A stretch of 64,000 nucleotides of DNA, from assembly GCA_013204395.1 (NCBI GenBank), contig JABMNZ010000017.1:2490-66489 (forward strand). The letters are read 5' to 3'. Made by a program: the position numbers and the translations under genes. Source of the stretch: Parcubacteria group bacterium (GTDB taxonomy: Bacteria; Patescibacteriota; Patescibacteriia; UBA9934; GWF2-40-263). The notes beneath the pieces were generated by a model that was given only the letters and a program-made list of their open reading frames with translations, ran no database searches and had not been told where the DNA came from. Each line of letters starts with the position of its first letter. The stretch's first letter is position 1. Below are positions 46,723-56,248 of this stretch, one piece after another.

Positions 46723-48025
46723 AACTATGCGATATTTACCAATACTATTTATTACTCTAGGGCTGTCTTTATCATTTACCGCATATGCTGGGATAGATGA
46801 CATTGTTTTCCCAATTGACGCACTTGGTAGTTGTGAAAGTGAAGATGCTTGTTTTACTTATTGTGAGGATCCTGACAATTGGGATGCTTGCATTGCTTTT
46901 GCAGAAGAAAATGATTTGTTAGAGGAGAGTGAAGTTGAGGAGTATCACAAGATGGAGGCGTTGCTAGCGGAAGGTGGCCCAGGGGGTTGTTCTTCTGATG
47001 CTGAATGCGAAGCTTTTTGCACCGATGTCACTAACATGTCTGAATGCATCGCGTTTGCAGAGATTCATGACATGATGGACGATGGTGAACTTCATGAGGC
47101 TAAACAGGTTTTAGCGGCTCTTGATGCTGGATACCAAATGCCTGGTGGCTGTTCAAATGAGGTGAGCTGCGACGCGTATTGCAGCGATCCGTCTCACATG
47201 GATGAGTGTCTAACATTTGCGGAGGCTGCTGGGTTTATGAGTTCAGAGGAGATTGAAGAGATGCGTACAATGAAAGATGTGATGCTCTCGGGAGATACAC
47301 CCGGTGGATGTACTGATAGAGATAGTTGTGAGGAATATTGTGAAGATCCAGTAAACATGGATGAGTGCGTTGATTTTGCTATTCGTTCAGGATTCATGAC
47401 AGTAGGGGAGGCGGAGATGATGAAAGAACATGGCATGAGGGATCGTGGTGATTATGTCGGTCCTGGTGGATGTGTTGGAGATACGGAATGTAAAATATAC
47501 TGCAATCAACAGGAAAACATGGAGGAGTGCGCAGAATTTTTTGGAGATGATTTTACAGAACACGATGGAGGAGATGATGATTACCAGTCGCAGGGATATG
47601 AATTACATGGTGATGAAGATTCATTTGTTGGGCCTGGTGGATGTGTTGGAAAGGATGAGTGTAGTGTCTATTGTTTTGACCCAGTCAATATAGAGGAGTG
47701 CATGTTGTTTGCTGGGGGTATGATGTCTGGTGATGATTACGGTGAGCATGGTGATTCCGTTCTAAAAATAGGTGAGGATACAAAAGATGAATGGCACATG
47801 GACGTGGAGCTAGAGATTCATGAAGGGGAAATAATGTTAGGAGACGATCATGAAAAGTATTATGATTTGTCAGATATTGATATTGATCTTGACGCGGCAA
47901 TGGATCAGCTTAATGATTTCTATGATGGTCATTCATCAAATGATGCTGATGAATATGATAAGTATGATGACTATGAGGAGGATGATCGCGGGAACAATGA
48001 TGAAGACACACATGACGATAATTAA
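46715..48025 (+). CDS. Secreted cysteine-rich tandem-repeat protein with poly-acidic C-terminal tail
   Basis: Signal peptide, then six repeats of about 45 aa with the pattern PGGC-x5-C-x3-C-x7/8-EC-x-FA. The last ~130 aa are D/E/Y-rich low complexity. Confidence 0.6.
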   Translation: MNKTMRYLPILFITLGLSLSFTAYAGIDDIVFPIDALGSCESEDACFTYCEDPDNWDACIAFAEENDLLEESEVEEYHKMEALLAEGGPGGCSSDAECEAFCTDVTNMSECIAFAEIHDMMDDGELHEAKQVLAALDAGYQMPGGCSNEVSCDAYCSDPSHMDECLTFAEAAGFMSSEEIEEMRTMKDVMLSGDTPGGCTDRDSCEEYCEDPVNMDECVDFAIRSGFMTVGEAEMMKEHGMRDRGDYVGPGGCVGDTECKIYCNQQENMEECAEFFGDDFTEHDGGDDDYQSQGYELHGDEDSFVGPGGCVGKDECSVYCFDPVNIEECMLFAGGMMSGDDYGEHGDSVLKIGEDTKDEWHMDVELEIHEGEIMLGDDHEKYYDLSDIDIDLDAAMDQLNDFYDGHSSNDADEYDKYDDYEEDDRGNNDEDTHDDN

Positions 48026-48048
48026 CCTTATGGAAAGATAGGGGTTAT

Positions 48049-48618
48049 ATGAAAAGGATATTGTTTATTACTTCGTTGATTATCGCACTTCCAGTTGCTT
48101 GGTACTTAATAGCACCAGTCTTTATTTCAACAGAGGTTGATGATGTTTCTCCGTTAACGGCCGTGGTTGATGTAGAAGAAAACAAACCTGAGTTTGATGA
48201 TGCCATGGACGACATGAATCAAGATGAACATGATTCTTTTGATGTCGCGGTTCAAGAAGTCCGGGAGATGGTTGTGGAAATAGAAGATCCTATGGACATG
48301 GAGAAGGGGCCGGAATTAATCGCGAGTGGTCTTTTTTTGCCACGGGCACATGAGGTCGAGGGGATTGCTTTGGTGATAGATACGGGTGAGGAAACAATTT
48401 TGCGCTTTGAGGATTTTGAAACGATCAATGGTCCCAATCTTCACATCTATCTCTCAAGCGACTTGGGGATTTCAGACGCTATCGATCTTGGTGAAATCAG
48501 GGCAACGAAAGGAAATGTGAACTATGAATTACCAGATGGGGTAGACTTAGAGAGATATAATAATGTCCTCGTCTGGTGTGAGCCATTTAAAGTGTTATTT
48601 AGTTACGTTGAATTATAG
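48049..48618 (+). CDS. DM13-domain protein (membrane-anchored, acidic linker)
   Basis: N-terminal TM; C-terminal DM13-like segment (NGPNLHIYLSSDLG ... VLVWCEPFKVLFSYVEL). Confidence 0.5.
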   Translation: MKRILFITSLIIALPVAWYLIAPVFISTEVDDVSPLTAVVDVEENKPEFDDAMDDMNQDEHDSFDVAVQEVREMVVEIEDPMDMEKGPELIASGLFLPRAHEVEGIALVIDTGEETILRFEDFETINGPNLHIYLSSDLGISDAIDLGEIRATKGNVNYELPDGVDLERYNNVLVWCEPFKVLFSYVEL

Positions 48619-48632
48619 TTGCTAGAGTTTAT

Positions 48633-49030
48633 ATGACCGATGAGCAAGACTGGGAAAAAAACTGACCCCGGAGCAATTCAAGGTTCTTAGAGAGAAGGGG
48701 ACGGAGCCACCGTTCAGCGGTGAGTTTTTAGATAACAACGCTGAAGGTATGTATCATTGTGCTGGTTGTGGTGCAGTTCTTTTTAAGAGCGATGGTAAGT
48801 ATGAATCAAATGCACCTGGTCTTGTTGGGTGGCCCAGCTTCTCGGAGGTGGCAAAAGATGGTGCAGTTGAGCTTCGAGATGATGATTCATTTGGCATGCA
48901 TCGCACTGAAGTTATTTGCAAGAACTGTGGAGGTCATTTAGGTCATTTATTTGACGATCAGGAATCAAAAACGGGAAAACACTTCTGTATTAATTCTTGT
49001 GCACTCGGGTTTAAAAAACAAGACGTATGA
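48633..49030 (+). pseudogene. msrB: Methionine-R-sulfoxide reductase MsrB interrupted by a -1 frameshift in an A7 tract, or a homopolymer sequencing error
   Basis: Frame 0 (MTDEQDWEKN*) stops at 48663. Frame +2 from 48662 continues LTPEQFKVLREKGTEPPFSGEF...CAGCG...CKNCGGHLGHLFDD (SelR with 2 CxxC). One extra A at 48655-48661 would restore WEKKLTPEQ. Confidence 0.65.
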
Positions 49031-49263
49031 TCGAATTATATCAAAAGGAAGATTGCCCATTTTGTGCAAAAGTGCGCAGAAAGCTCGATGACCTTCAGTT
49101 AGATTGGATTTCACGCACTAGTCCTAAGGGGTCTCCACAGCGAGAGTTTCTTCTCAAGATTGGCGGGAAAGAAATGGTGCCATTCTTAGTTGATCAAGAT
49201 CATGGAACATCGATGTATGAGTCAGATGACATCATTGAGTATCTTGAAAAGACTTACGGTTAA
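49027..49263 (+). CDS. Glutaredoxin
   Basis: CPFC active site, thioredoxin fold, 78 aa. Confidence 0.75.
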   Translation: MIELYQKEDCPFCAKVRRKLDDLQLDWISRTSPKGSPQREFLLKIGGKEMVPFLVDQDHGTSMYESDDIIEYLEKTYG

Positions 49264-49266
49264 CCT

Positions 49267-50265
49267 ATGATCAATTACATTATTATTGTCTTTGTGGCTT
49301 TTGCTGGATTCATGTTGTCCAGTTATCTCTTCCACAAGAAACGCGAGAAAAAAGAACATTTTGTTTGTCCACTAAGGGGACATTGTGCCGAAGTGATTCA
49401 GAGTGATTTTTCCAGATTCATGGGAGTGCCCGTGGAGAATTTAGGAATGCTTTATTACGCGTGTATTGCGATAGGGTATGGCATGTTTCTTGCTTTTCCG
49501 TCTGTCTTCAGTTGGTTAGCGGTTCTGCTCCTTGTTGCGTCTGCGTTGGCATTCTTCTTTTCTATTTACCTTACGTTTATTCAGCTGGTAAGCATAAGGA
49601 AGCTTTGTACTTGGTGTTTGCTCTCCGCGATGTTTTGTACCGTTATCTTTTTCTCTGCTCTCCATTCTTCTCTAGATATGGTCGAGCCGCTGTTGGTTCA
49701 GTATCGTTCGTTCATTATTGCAGCCCATGTATTATTTATGGGAATGGGCCTGGGAGCAGCAACTCTTACAGATGTGTTGTTTTTCAAATTTTTGAAAGAC
49801 CTTCATGTTTCAGAGAAAGAGGCTGATGTACTTTCAACCGTGAGTGAGTTTATTTGGTTTGCTTTAGGATTTATCTTGTTAACAGGTCTAGCTCTTACGA
49901 TCCCTGAGGCCGGTACCTACCTGCAGACTCCAAAGTTTCTTGCAAAGCTTCTGGTTGTTGGTGTCATTATTGTGAACGGGGGATTTCTCACTCTTTATAT
50001 TGCTCCAAAGTTAGTAAAGATTTCATTTGGTCAGGAACATGACCATAGGCCTGGGGAGATGGTTCGGGCAAGGAAGCTAGCATTTATTCTCGGGCCAATA
50101 TCTATTGTCTCTTGGTACAGCGCCTTTCTACTTGGGATGATCCCAGCAAATGTTCCGTATACTTTTTTTCAAATCTTAGGTGTGTACATATCATTGATTA
50201 TAGCGGGTATTGCTTTGGGTTGGGTTACGGAGTGTAAAATTTCTGCAAGGGAGTGTAAGGAATGA
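49267..50265 (+). CDS. Vitamin K epoxide reductase (VKOR)-family membrane protein with extra C-terminal TM domain
   Basis: Loop Cys pair (CPLRGHC) and TM CxxC (CTWC), characteristic of bacterial VKOR (DsbB analog). Confidence 0.6.
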   Translation: MINYIIIVFVAFAGFMLSSYLFHKKREKKEHFVCPLRGHCAEVIQSDFSRFMGVPVENLGMLYYACIAIGYGMFLAFPSVFSWLAVLLLVASALAFFFSIYLTFIQLVSIRKLCTWCLLSAMFCTVIFFSALHSSLDMVEPLLVQYRSFIIAAHVLFMGMGLGAATLTDVLFFKFLKDLHVSEKEADVLSTVSEFIWFALGFILLTGLALTIPEAGTYLQTPKFLAKLLVVGVIIVNGGFLTLYIAPKLVKISFGQEHDHRPGEMVRARKLAFILGPISIVSWYSAFLLGMIPANVPYTFFQILGVYISLIIAGIALGWVTECKISARECKE

Positions 50266-51044
50266 TTATGGAAAACATATTGCCACTAATAATCCCAGCT
50301 TTCATTGCTGGAGCCCTAACGATTCTTGCTCCTTGTACCCTTCCTCTTGTGCCGGCATATCTTGGATTCATAAGCGGTGCCAGTGCAAAAGACATGCAGG
50401 ACCCAACAAAGATGTTGGCGATAAGGAAGCGAGTTTTTATAAACGGAATCTTTTATGTTCTGGGATTCAGTTTTGTGTTTGTCGGTCTTGGTATTTTGTT
50501 TGGTCTTGGTGGTGTTGCATTGGCAAAGTACCAAACCGTCCTCACTAGAATAGGAGGAGGTTTCATTGTTTTCTTTGGCCTGTATTTAATGGGCGTCATG
50601 GACAAGATACCTGGATTAAGACGTCTGCTTTCAACTGAACATCGTTTTCACCTTCCTTCTTCACTTACCCCAGGTACACCACATAGTTCATTTCTTTTCG
50701 GTGCGACTTTCGCATTTGGTTGGACCCCATGTGTGGGACCTATTCTCGGATCGATTCTTTTGCTTGCATCGTCTACATCGACCGCGCTTCAGGGAGCGAT
50801 TCTTCTTTCGGTATTTTCTTTAGGCTTGGCAACCCCCTTTCTTATAATAGCCTATGGGGTTGGGCACGCATCGCACACTATAAAGAAGCTTTCAAAGGTT
50901 TTGCCCTATATATCGTTTATCGGCGGAGCGTTCTTATTAATGCTTGGCGTGTTGTTACTAACAGGTTCACTTGGAATCTGGCTATCCTGGAGTTTCCAAT
51001 TTTTAGAAGTGTTTGATTACGAACGTTTACTTGATTACCTGTAG
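50262..51044 (+). CDS. ccdA: Cytochrome c-type biogenesis/thiol-disulfide transporter CcdA (DsbD beta-domain family)
   Basis: Two conserved TM cysteines in LAPCTLPLVPAYLG and WTPCVGPILGS. Confidence 0.8.
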   Translation: MIMENILPLIIPAFIAGALTILAPCTLPLVPAYLGFISGASAKDMQDPTKMLAIRKRVFINGIFYVLGFSFVFVGLGILFGLGGVALAKYQTVLTRIGGGFIVFFGLYLMGVMDKIPGLRRLLSTEHRFHLPSSLTPGTPHSSFLFGATFAFGWTPCVGPILGSILLLASSTSTALQGAILLSVFSLGLATPFLIIAYGVGHASHTIKKLSKVLPYISFIGGAFLLMLGVLLLTGSLGIWLSWSFQFLEVFDYERLLDYL

Positions 51045-51105
51045 GTTTGTGCCAAAAACATGATTCTAGATTTTTTTTCACGTGCTGTGATATACTGCCG
51101 CAGCT

Positions 51106-51687
51106 ATGAAAAAAACCTTATTTGCCTTACTCGGAACAGTATTATTGATCGGTGGAGGTTGTATTGGAAGGGGTTCTGATCCCACACCTACGGTTGATGT
51201 TGAAATAGATCGCGAGGCGATTTTATTTGAAGCGAAAGAGCAAGGTTTAATTATGAATGACGAAGAGGTTCTTAAAATGGGACAAGTATTAGTTAATGAT
51301 GGGGGAGTCTCTCTTGATGAGGTAGAAGCGTATTTGACTCAAGATTTTACAGATTGGAGTGGAGCAGCTTTAGCTGACGTCACGGGGGGAGGGAGTTACG
51401 GGATAGCGCATGCATCGTACATAAATGGCTCATTTAACATCGTGGCGGACATGGGAAATGTCCCTTCCCCATCAGATGGATACTTCTATGAAGGATGGTT
51501 AGTTCGCCGAGGAAATAATATGTCAGTGATAAGCACTGGTCATGCACAAGTGATCGAAGAAAAGTTAGTGAACGTTTACACCTCCTCAACAAATCTCTCA
51601 GATCATGATTTCTATGTGCTAACACTTGAGCCAGATGATGGAGATCCTGCACCAGCCGAACATATCCTTGAAGGCACACTGCGATAA
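51106..51687 (+). CDS. Hypothetical lipoprotein
   Basis: Signal peptide with lipobox LIGGGC. Confidence 0.45.
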   Translation: MKKTLFALLGTVLLIGGGCIGRGSDPTPTVDVEIDREAILFEAKEQGLIMNDEEVLKMGQVLVNDGGVSLDEVEAYLTQDFTDWSGAALADVTGGGSYGIAHASYINGSFNIVADMGNVPSPSDGYFYEGWLVRRGNNMSVISTGHAQVIEEKLVNVYTSSTNLSDHDFYVLTLEPDDGDPAPAEHILEGTLR

Positions 51688-51727
51688 ACTAAATTGAAGA
51701 AAAACTCCCCGACAGATTGGGGAGTTT

Positions 51728-52894
51728 TTGGTACAATGTGAATATATGGAAGGAACATTACTTGTCTTGCTTCTTATCCTTTTTGTGGGGTTGGTGGTAC
51801 CTGAGCTCTTTAGGAAATTGCGACTCCAATTTGTTACATCTCTCATTTTAGTTGGGGCTTTTTTTGGTCCGCATGGAATGGCTCTAGTACAAACAAACGA
51901 AACCGTTGATTTTTTTGGGTTTCTTGGCCTGACCTTCTTAATGTTCATGTCCGGACTCGAAACCAAAGTTGATGAAATCGAACACGTAGCTGGGCGCGTC
52001 ATCTTAATGGCCATTGTCAACGGTGGAATTCCTGCTCTGGCGGGTTTTTTTATTGCCCAGGCCTATGGATATGGTTTTACGGCATCAATGGTGGTCGCGG
52101 TGATTTTTATAAGTTCATCAATCGCTATTGTTATACCGTCTCTACGTGCAGAGAAATTGTTTAAGAAAGAAGATGGCCAACTGATCGTCTCAGCAGTTGT
52201 TTTGGAAGATGTTATTAGTCTTCTGCTCTTGGGTGTTTTGCTTCAAAGTTATTCTCCGATCACAAGCTTGCCACTACCTCTCTACTTTGCGGTTTTGATT
52301 GCATCTGTTGTGGCAATAAAAATGTTTCTGCCGCGTATTAGCAAAGCAGTATTACAGAAAGGGTTTTTTCCGCATAAGGAGCATGAGGATCAACTCAGGT
52401 TCGTCATTGTGTTGCTAATGGCCGTACTGTTATATTTCAGTGCCTTAGGGGTACATCCTATTGTGGCAGCATTTCTTTTGGGACTTGTTTTATCAAGTGC
52501 TATCACTTCTGAGAAACTCGTCACACAACTCCATACACTTGGATATGGATTGTTTGTTCCCGTCTTCTTTTTTCTCATTGGTACGCAAATGGATTTGGCC
52601 GTGTTTAGAACAATTGAGGGGTCCTTGTCTTTTCTCATCGTCACCATTGTTGTTTACACAGGCACAAAATTCCTGAGCGGTTTTCTTGTTGGGCGATTGG
52701 TTGGAATTAGCAAAGAACACTCAATCATGTTCGGAGTGGCCTCAACAACGCAGCTCACAACGTCTCTGGTTGCCTCGCAGGCGGCCTATAGTCTTGGAAT
52801 TGTAGACATAACTTTTCTGACAACCATGGTGGTTCTTGCGATTGTGACAGCCATCTTTTCTCCTATAATCCTACATTTGCTAGGCCACTCTTGA
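51728..52894 (+). CDS. Cation:proton antiporter (CPA/KefB-type Na+/H+ exchanger family)
   Basis: Ten or more TM helices with Na_H_exchanger-like segments; no cytoplasmic KTN domain. Confidence 0.65.
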   Translation: MVQCEYMEGTLLVLLLILFVGLVVPELFRKLRLQFVTSLILVGAFFGPHGMALVQTNETVDFFGFLGLTFLMFMSGLETKVDEIEHVAGRVILMAIVNGGIPALAGFFIAQAYGYGFTASMVVAVIFISSSIAIVIPSLRAEKLFKKEDGQLIVSAVVLEDVISLLLLGVLLQSYSPITSLPLPLYFAVLIASVVAIKMFLPRISKAVLQKGFFPHKEHEDQLRFVIVLLMAVLLYFSALGVHPIVAAFLLGLVLSSAITSEKLVTQLHTLGYGLFVPVFFFLIGTQMDLAVFRTIEGSLSFLIVTIVVYTGTKFLSGFLVGRLVGISKEHSIMFGVASTTQLTTSLVASQAAYSLGIVDITFLTTMVVLAIVTAIFSPIILHLLGHS

Positions 52895-52914
52895 GGGGAT
52901 ACAATGACGTTATT

Positions 52915-54486
52915 ATGAAACGATTGTGGATAACTGGAGCCTGTCTCCTCTTTTTATTACCGTCAGCTATTCAAGCCGAGGAGGCAGATTTTTTGCTTCC
53001 ACAAGTTCATGCTGTTGAAAGGTCTCTGGTATGTGAGGGTTGGGATGATGGTGGATGCAGAACGATTTTTCTTATTTCAGGAAAGAACTTTCTTAATTCG
53101 AATGGAGATCCTGGTGTAAGGGTTGGTGATGAGTGGGCCGACATTATTCGACAAGCCGACAATTATTTAGTAGCGGTAGCCTCTGAGAGCTCATTTGATC
53201 TGACGCCGTCGATAGCTGTAGATAAAACGCTTCAACGTCCAGTGATGCTGACATCTGACAACACTCTTTCAACCATGTTCGCAGAGAGTGTTGAAGTCGT
53301 TCTTGAATCGATCGGTATTACTGATAAAGGACTTAGGTATGTGACAGCTGGGCCTAAGTATGGAAACCCTGAGCGTGTCTATTATAGGGATACCTACTGG
53401 ACCAGTGGAATGGTGCTCATGATCGAGCCATATATTTTAAGAGACCAGATTGAACTCTTAGCACGTGGCATAGAACCAAATGGCTCTGTTCCAAGCGCAA
53501 TCCCCGTTGATCCAAACGATGCGATGATTCCTTTGTGGATTGATCATCAGGATGCTGGATTGTATTTCATAAGACTTGTTTACGACTATATTGCTTGGAC
53601 TGGAGATGATTCAATTTTGGCAAAGCGCGTAAACGGCAGAACAATCTTCACCGCCATGGAAGATATCGTTTCCTATCTTTCAACCAAAGATCTTGATGGC
53701 AACCATCTTCCTGAAAAACCAGAAGGTTCACTTCAGGACTGGTTGGATTCCATTCCTAGATCAGGTGAAGTCATTTCAAATCAAGCACTGTACTATAGGG
53801 CCCTGCGTGACCTAGTCGAGTTTTCTGAAATATATGGGGAGCCAACGCATGCAAAAGCATTTCATAGGCAATCTCTTTTAGTTCGTTATCAGATCAACAG
53901 CTTGATGTGGAACGAAGACGGAGGGTATTTTTATGAGCGATGCGATGCGGGGGTATGTGAAGATCGAATTACAAACGAATCAGCCCTTACAATTTTGTAT
54001 GACGTAGTTTGGCCAGAGAGACGTGCGGAAATGTTCGAGGCACTAGGCACACTCGAAACTGCACGAAATGATGAGATTCCATATGGTGACTGGGGAACAC
54101 TAAACGCGTGGCCACTGTACGATGGGTTCACGCCTCATGATTATCAAAACGGAACGGACTGGCCGTTCCTAGATGGGATCAACGCAGGGGCAAGGTTGAA
54201 ATACAATAATGATGATTGGTGGTATCCCATGACACGATGGTGGAGATATAATCAAGAAAATAGCAGTAAGACATTGCCTGAGTATGTTTCCCCAGTAGAT
54301 GACGATAGTGGTGACCTGCAGGCGTGGTCTGTGAATCCGATTGTCAGTTTTGTGAAGTATGGGCTGGGTCTCGATCCGACACTAGACGGAACTTTCACAA
54401 CTAAGGGCTCGCCAGCTGGTGATATGCGTCTAGAAAATGTGGCATTGAACGGCACCCGATCATCTATAGATTTTCCAGCAAGGTAA
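52915..54486 (+). CDS. Secreted (alpha/alpha)6-barrel glycoside hydrolase-like protein (GDE_C/GH63-like)
   Basis: Signal peptide; six-hairpin glycosidase-like motifs including HDYQNGTDWPF. The ORF is open from a TTG at 52891. Confidence 0.45.
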   Translation: MKRLWITGACLLFLLPSAIQAEEADFLLPQVHAVERSLVCEGWDDGGCRTIFLISGKNFLNSNGDPGVRVGDEWADIIRQADNYLVAVASESSFDLTPSIAVDKTLQRPVMLTSDNTLSTMFAESVEVVLESIGITDKGLRYVTAGPKYGNPERVYYRDTYWTSGMVLMIEPYILRDQIELLARGIEPNGSVPSAIPVDPNDAMIPLWIDHQDAGLYFIRLVYDYIAWTGDDSILAKRVNGRTIFTAMEDIVSYLSTKDLDGNHLPEKPEGSLQDWLDSIPRSGEVISNQALYYRALRDLVEFSEIYGEPTHAKAFHRQSLLVRYQINSLMWNEDGGYFYERCDAGVCEDRITNESALTILYDVVWPERRAEMFEALGTLETARNDEIPYGDWGTLNAWPLYDGFTPHDYQNGTDWPFLDGINAGARLKYNNDDWWYPMTRWWRYNQENSSKTLPEYVSPVDDDSGDLQAWSVNPIVSFVKYGLGLDPTLDGTFTTKGSPAGDMRLENVALNGTRSSIDFPAR

Positions 54487-54487
54487 T

Positions 54488-55129
54488 ATGACACTATCTG
54501 AATATCACCAAAATTATCAGAATCGATCAGACGACAAGATTGTAAGACGTATGGCAGTTAAGCGTCTTGAGATGGAAGATGTTATTAAAAGAATGTCATT
54601 TGTTCCAGATCATGGACCGGTTAAGATTGGTATTCTTGGTTGTGGCGATCGACGTTTTGTTCAGGCCCACCGTGAGTTATTTGAATCATTACTTTCAAAA
54701 TCAGTTGAACTTACAACGTTTGATATTACAATTGAACATCTTAGTGGAGAAGAGGGGGTGGTCGAGCATGATGTAACTACACCGCTACCAGGAGGCCCGT
54801 TCGATCTGCTCTTGGGTCATGTGTTGCTTAAGTTTATTCCAACAGAGAAGCAATGGAGTGTTATAAAGAATGCATATTCAGCTCTCACTTATGGTGGAAT
54901 CGCAATCTTTGTTCAAGGAAAACAAGAGTTGGAATATTCTGATCGTGTAGAGAACTATCAAGCTCACGATGCTTTTCAATACAAACTAGGTCATCTAAAT
55001 CCAGTGAAGATTGATGACCTGAAAGACAAGTTAACTGATGCTGAGATTGAGTTCAAAAGTTGGGATAGTTTAATTGAGGGGATTGAGGCCGTTCCAATCA
55101 CAGCCAACGTACTAGCTATTAAAAAGTAA
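54488..55129 (+). CDS. Hypothetical protein, possible class I SAM-dependent methyltransferase fold
   Basis: Motif-I-like KIGILGCGDRRF; weak. Confidence 0.35.
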   Translation: MTLSEYHQNYQNRSDDKIVRRMAVKRLEMEDVIKRMSFVPDHGPVKIGILGCGDRRFVQAHRELFESLLSKSVELTTFDITIEHLSGEEGVVEHDVTTPLPGGPFDLLLGHVLLKFIPTEKQWSVIKNAYSALTYGGIAIFVQGKQELEYSDRVENYQAHDAFQYKLGHLNPVKIDDLKDKLTDAEIEFKSWDSLIEGIEAVPITANVLAIKK

Positions 55130-55160
55130 AACCACCTCTTACGAGGCGGTTTTTTCTTCT
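55128..55160. terminator. Bidirectional terminator
   Basis: accacctc-ttac-gaggcggt flanked by an A-run and a T-run. Confidence 0.45.
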
Positions 55161-55330
55161 GCAGCTTTTGCTTTTGCAGCAGCTTTTACGAAACGAATTG
55201 CTTTCTGTTTACGATTCGCAGAGAGAGCTACCTTTCGGTCTATCTTCCATTTGTCCCGCATTTGTTTACGTTTTCCAGGCATAGATATAGTTTATTGACG
55301 CGCGAACTATAACCGATCAGGTCCTTTGGG

Positions 55331-56248
55331 TCAAGCCTTGTCCCCGTGCATAACCTGCTTACAGAGAATCTGAATAGCTTCTAGGCGCTGCATACTTATT
55401 CCTGTTTGTTGATGGACAGTATCTATATTTGTATTTACTAGGTCCCGGCAAAGCATAATATCTGCTTTTGCAAAAATTTCAGATTCTGAAGGTTTGAGAT
55501 CTTTCAAAATGGTGACTGGGTATAAAGCATCTAAATCAACCATTTGAGCAAAAGTACGTTCATGTGGATGGTTCCACCCTATTAGCTTCATGTTCTTGCA
55601 ATGTCCGAACTCTAAAGATTGATCTGTGAAGCGTGCGTTGGTTACGATCCATACCTCGTCAAAGTGAGGACAGAGCCCAACCTTTGATCCATCGACCAAG
55701 TCTAGGAATCGTGCCCATGTGGCCATGGTGTCTTTGATGGTAACAGATGCACCAAAATCATGGCGGAATTTCGCCTCAATGAAAGCAGTGCGTCCGTCCT
55801 TCTCAGCTGTAACGTCAATCTCGTGCTCTATACATGCACCCTTGTAGGTCTCTGGCGTGGCGGTCTTGTATCCGTAAGCAGATAAGATGGATGCAACATA
55901 CTTTTCAAAATTGTATCCAGCAGGACCCATTTTTCTAAGTGCATCACGAAGATCATATCTTGCAGCTGCCCAGGGTTTACGTTTTTCTAGCTCTTCAGAA
56001 ATCATTTTATAGATTTCTCCTGTGTGCATGCGTGGAGTGAGCCCCGATTCTACGGCTTTTAGAATATCTTTAGCTGTTTTTTGATCGACCCCAGTTCTGG
56101 ATATGGATTTTAAAACCCTTGCAGGGTCAAAAGGGGTCAGTTGGCCATTGGACTTCTTGATCATCTTCTTGTGTTGTTTCTTTGTCATAGTGGAATCAGT
56201 ATAGCAATTCTTGTACAATGGGTCTTGTATGGATCTACTCTCGGTCAT
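55331..56248 (-). CDS. ATP-cone domain fused to Mrr-like (restriction endonuclease fold) domain protein
   Basis: N-terminal ATP-cone-like region, then an Mrr_cat-like core (FEKYVASILSAYGY...EIDVTAEKDGRTAFIEAKF). Confidence 0.5.
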   Translation of the reverse strand: MTESRSIQDPLYKNCYTDSTMTKKQHKKMIKKSNGQLTPFDPARVLKSISRTGVDQKTAKDILKAVESGLTPRMHTGEIYKMISEELEKRKPWAAARYDLRDALRKMGPAGYNFEKYVASILSAYGYKTATPETYKGACIEHEIDVTAEKDGRTAFIEAKFRHDFGASVTIKDTMATWARFLDLVDGSKVGLCPHFDEVWIVTNARFTDQSLEFGHCKNMKLIGWNHPHERTFAQMVDLDALYPVTILKDLKPSESEIFAKADIMLCRDLVNTNIDTVHQQTGISMQRLEAIQILCKQVMHGDKA

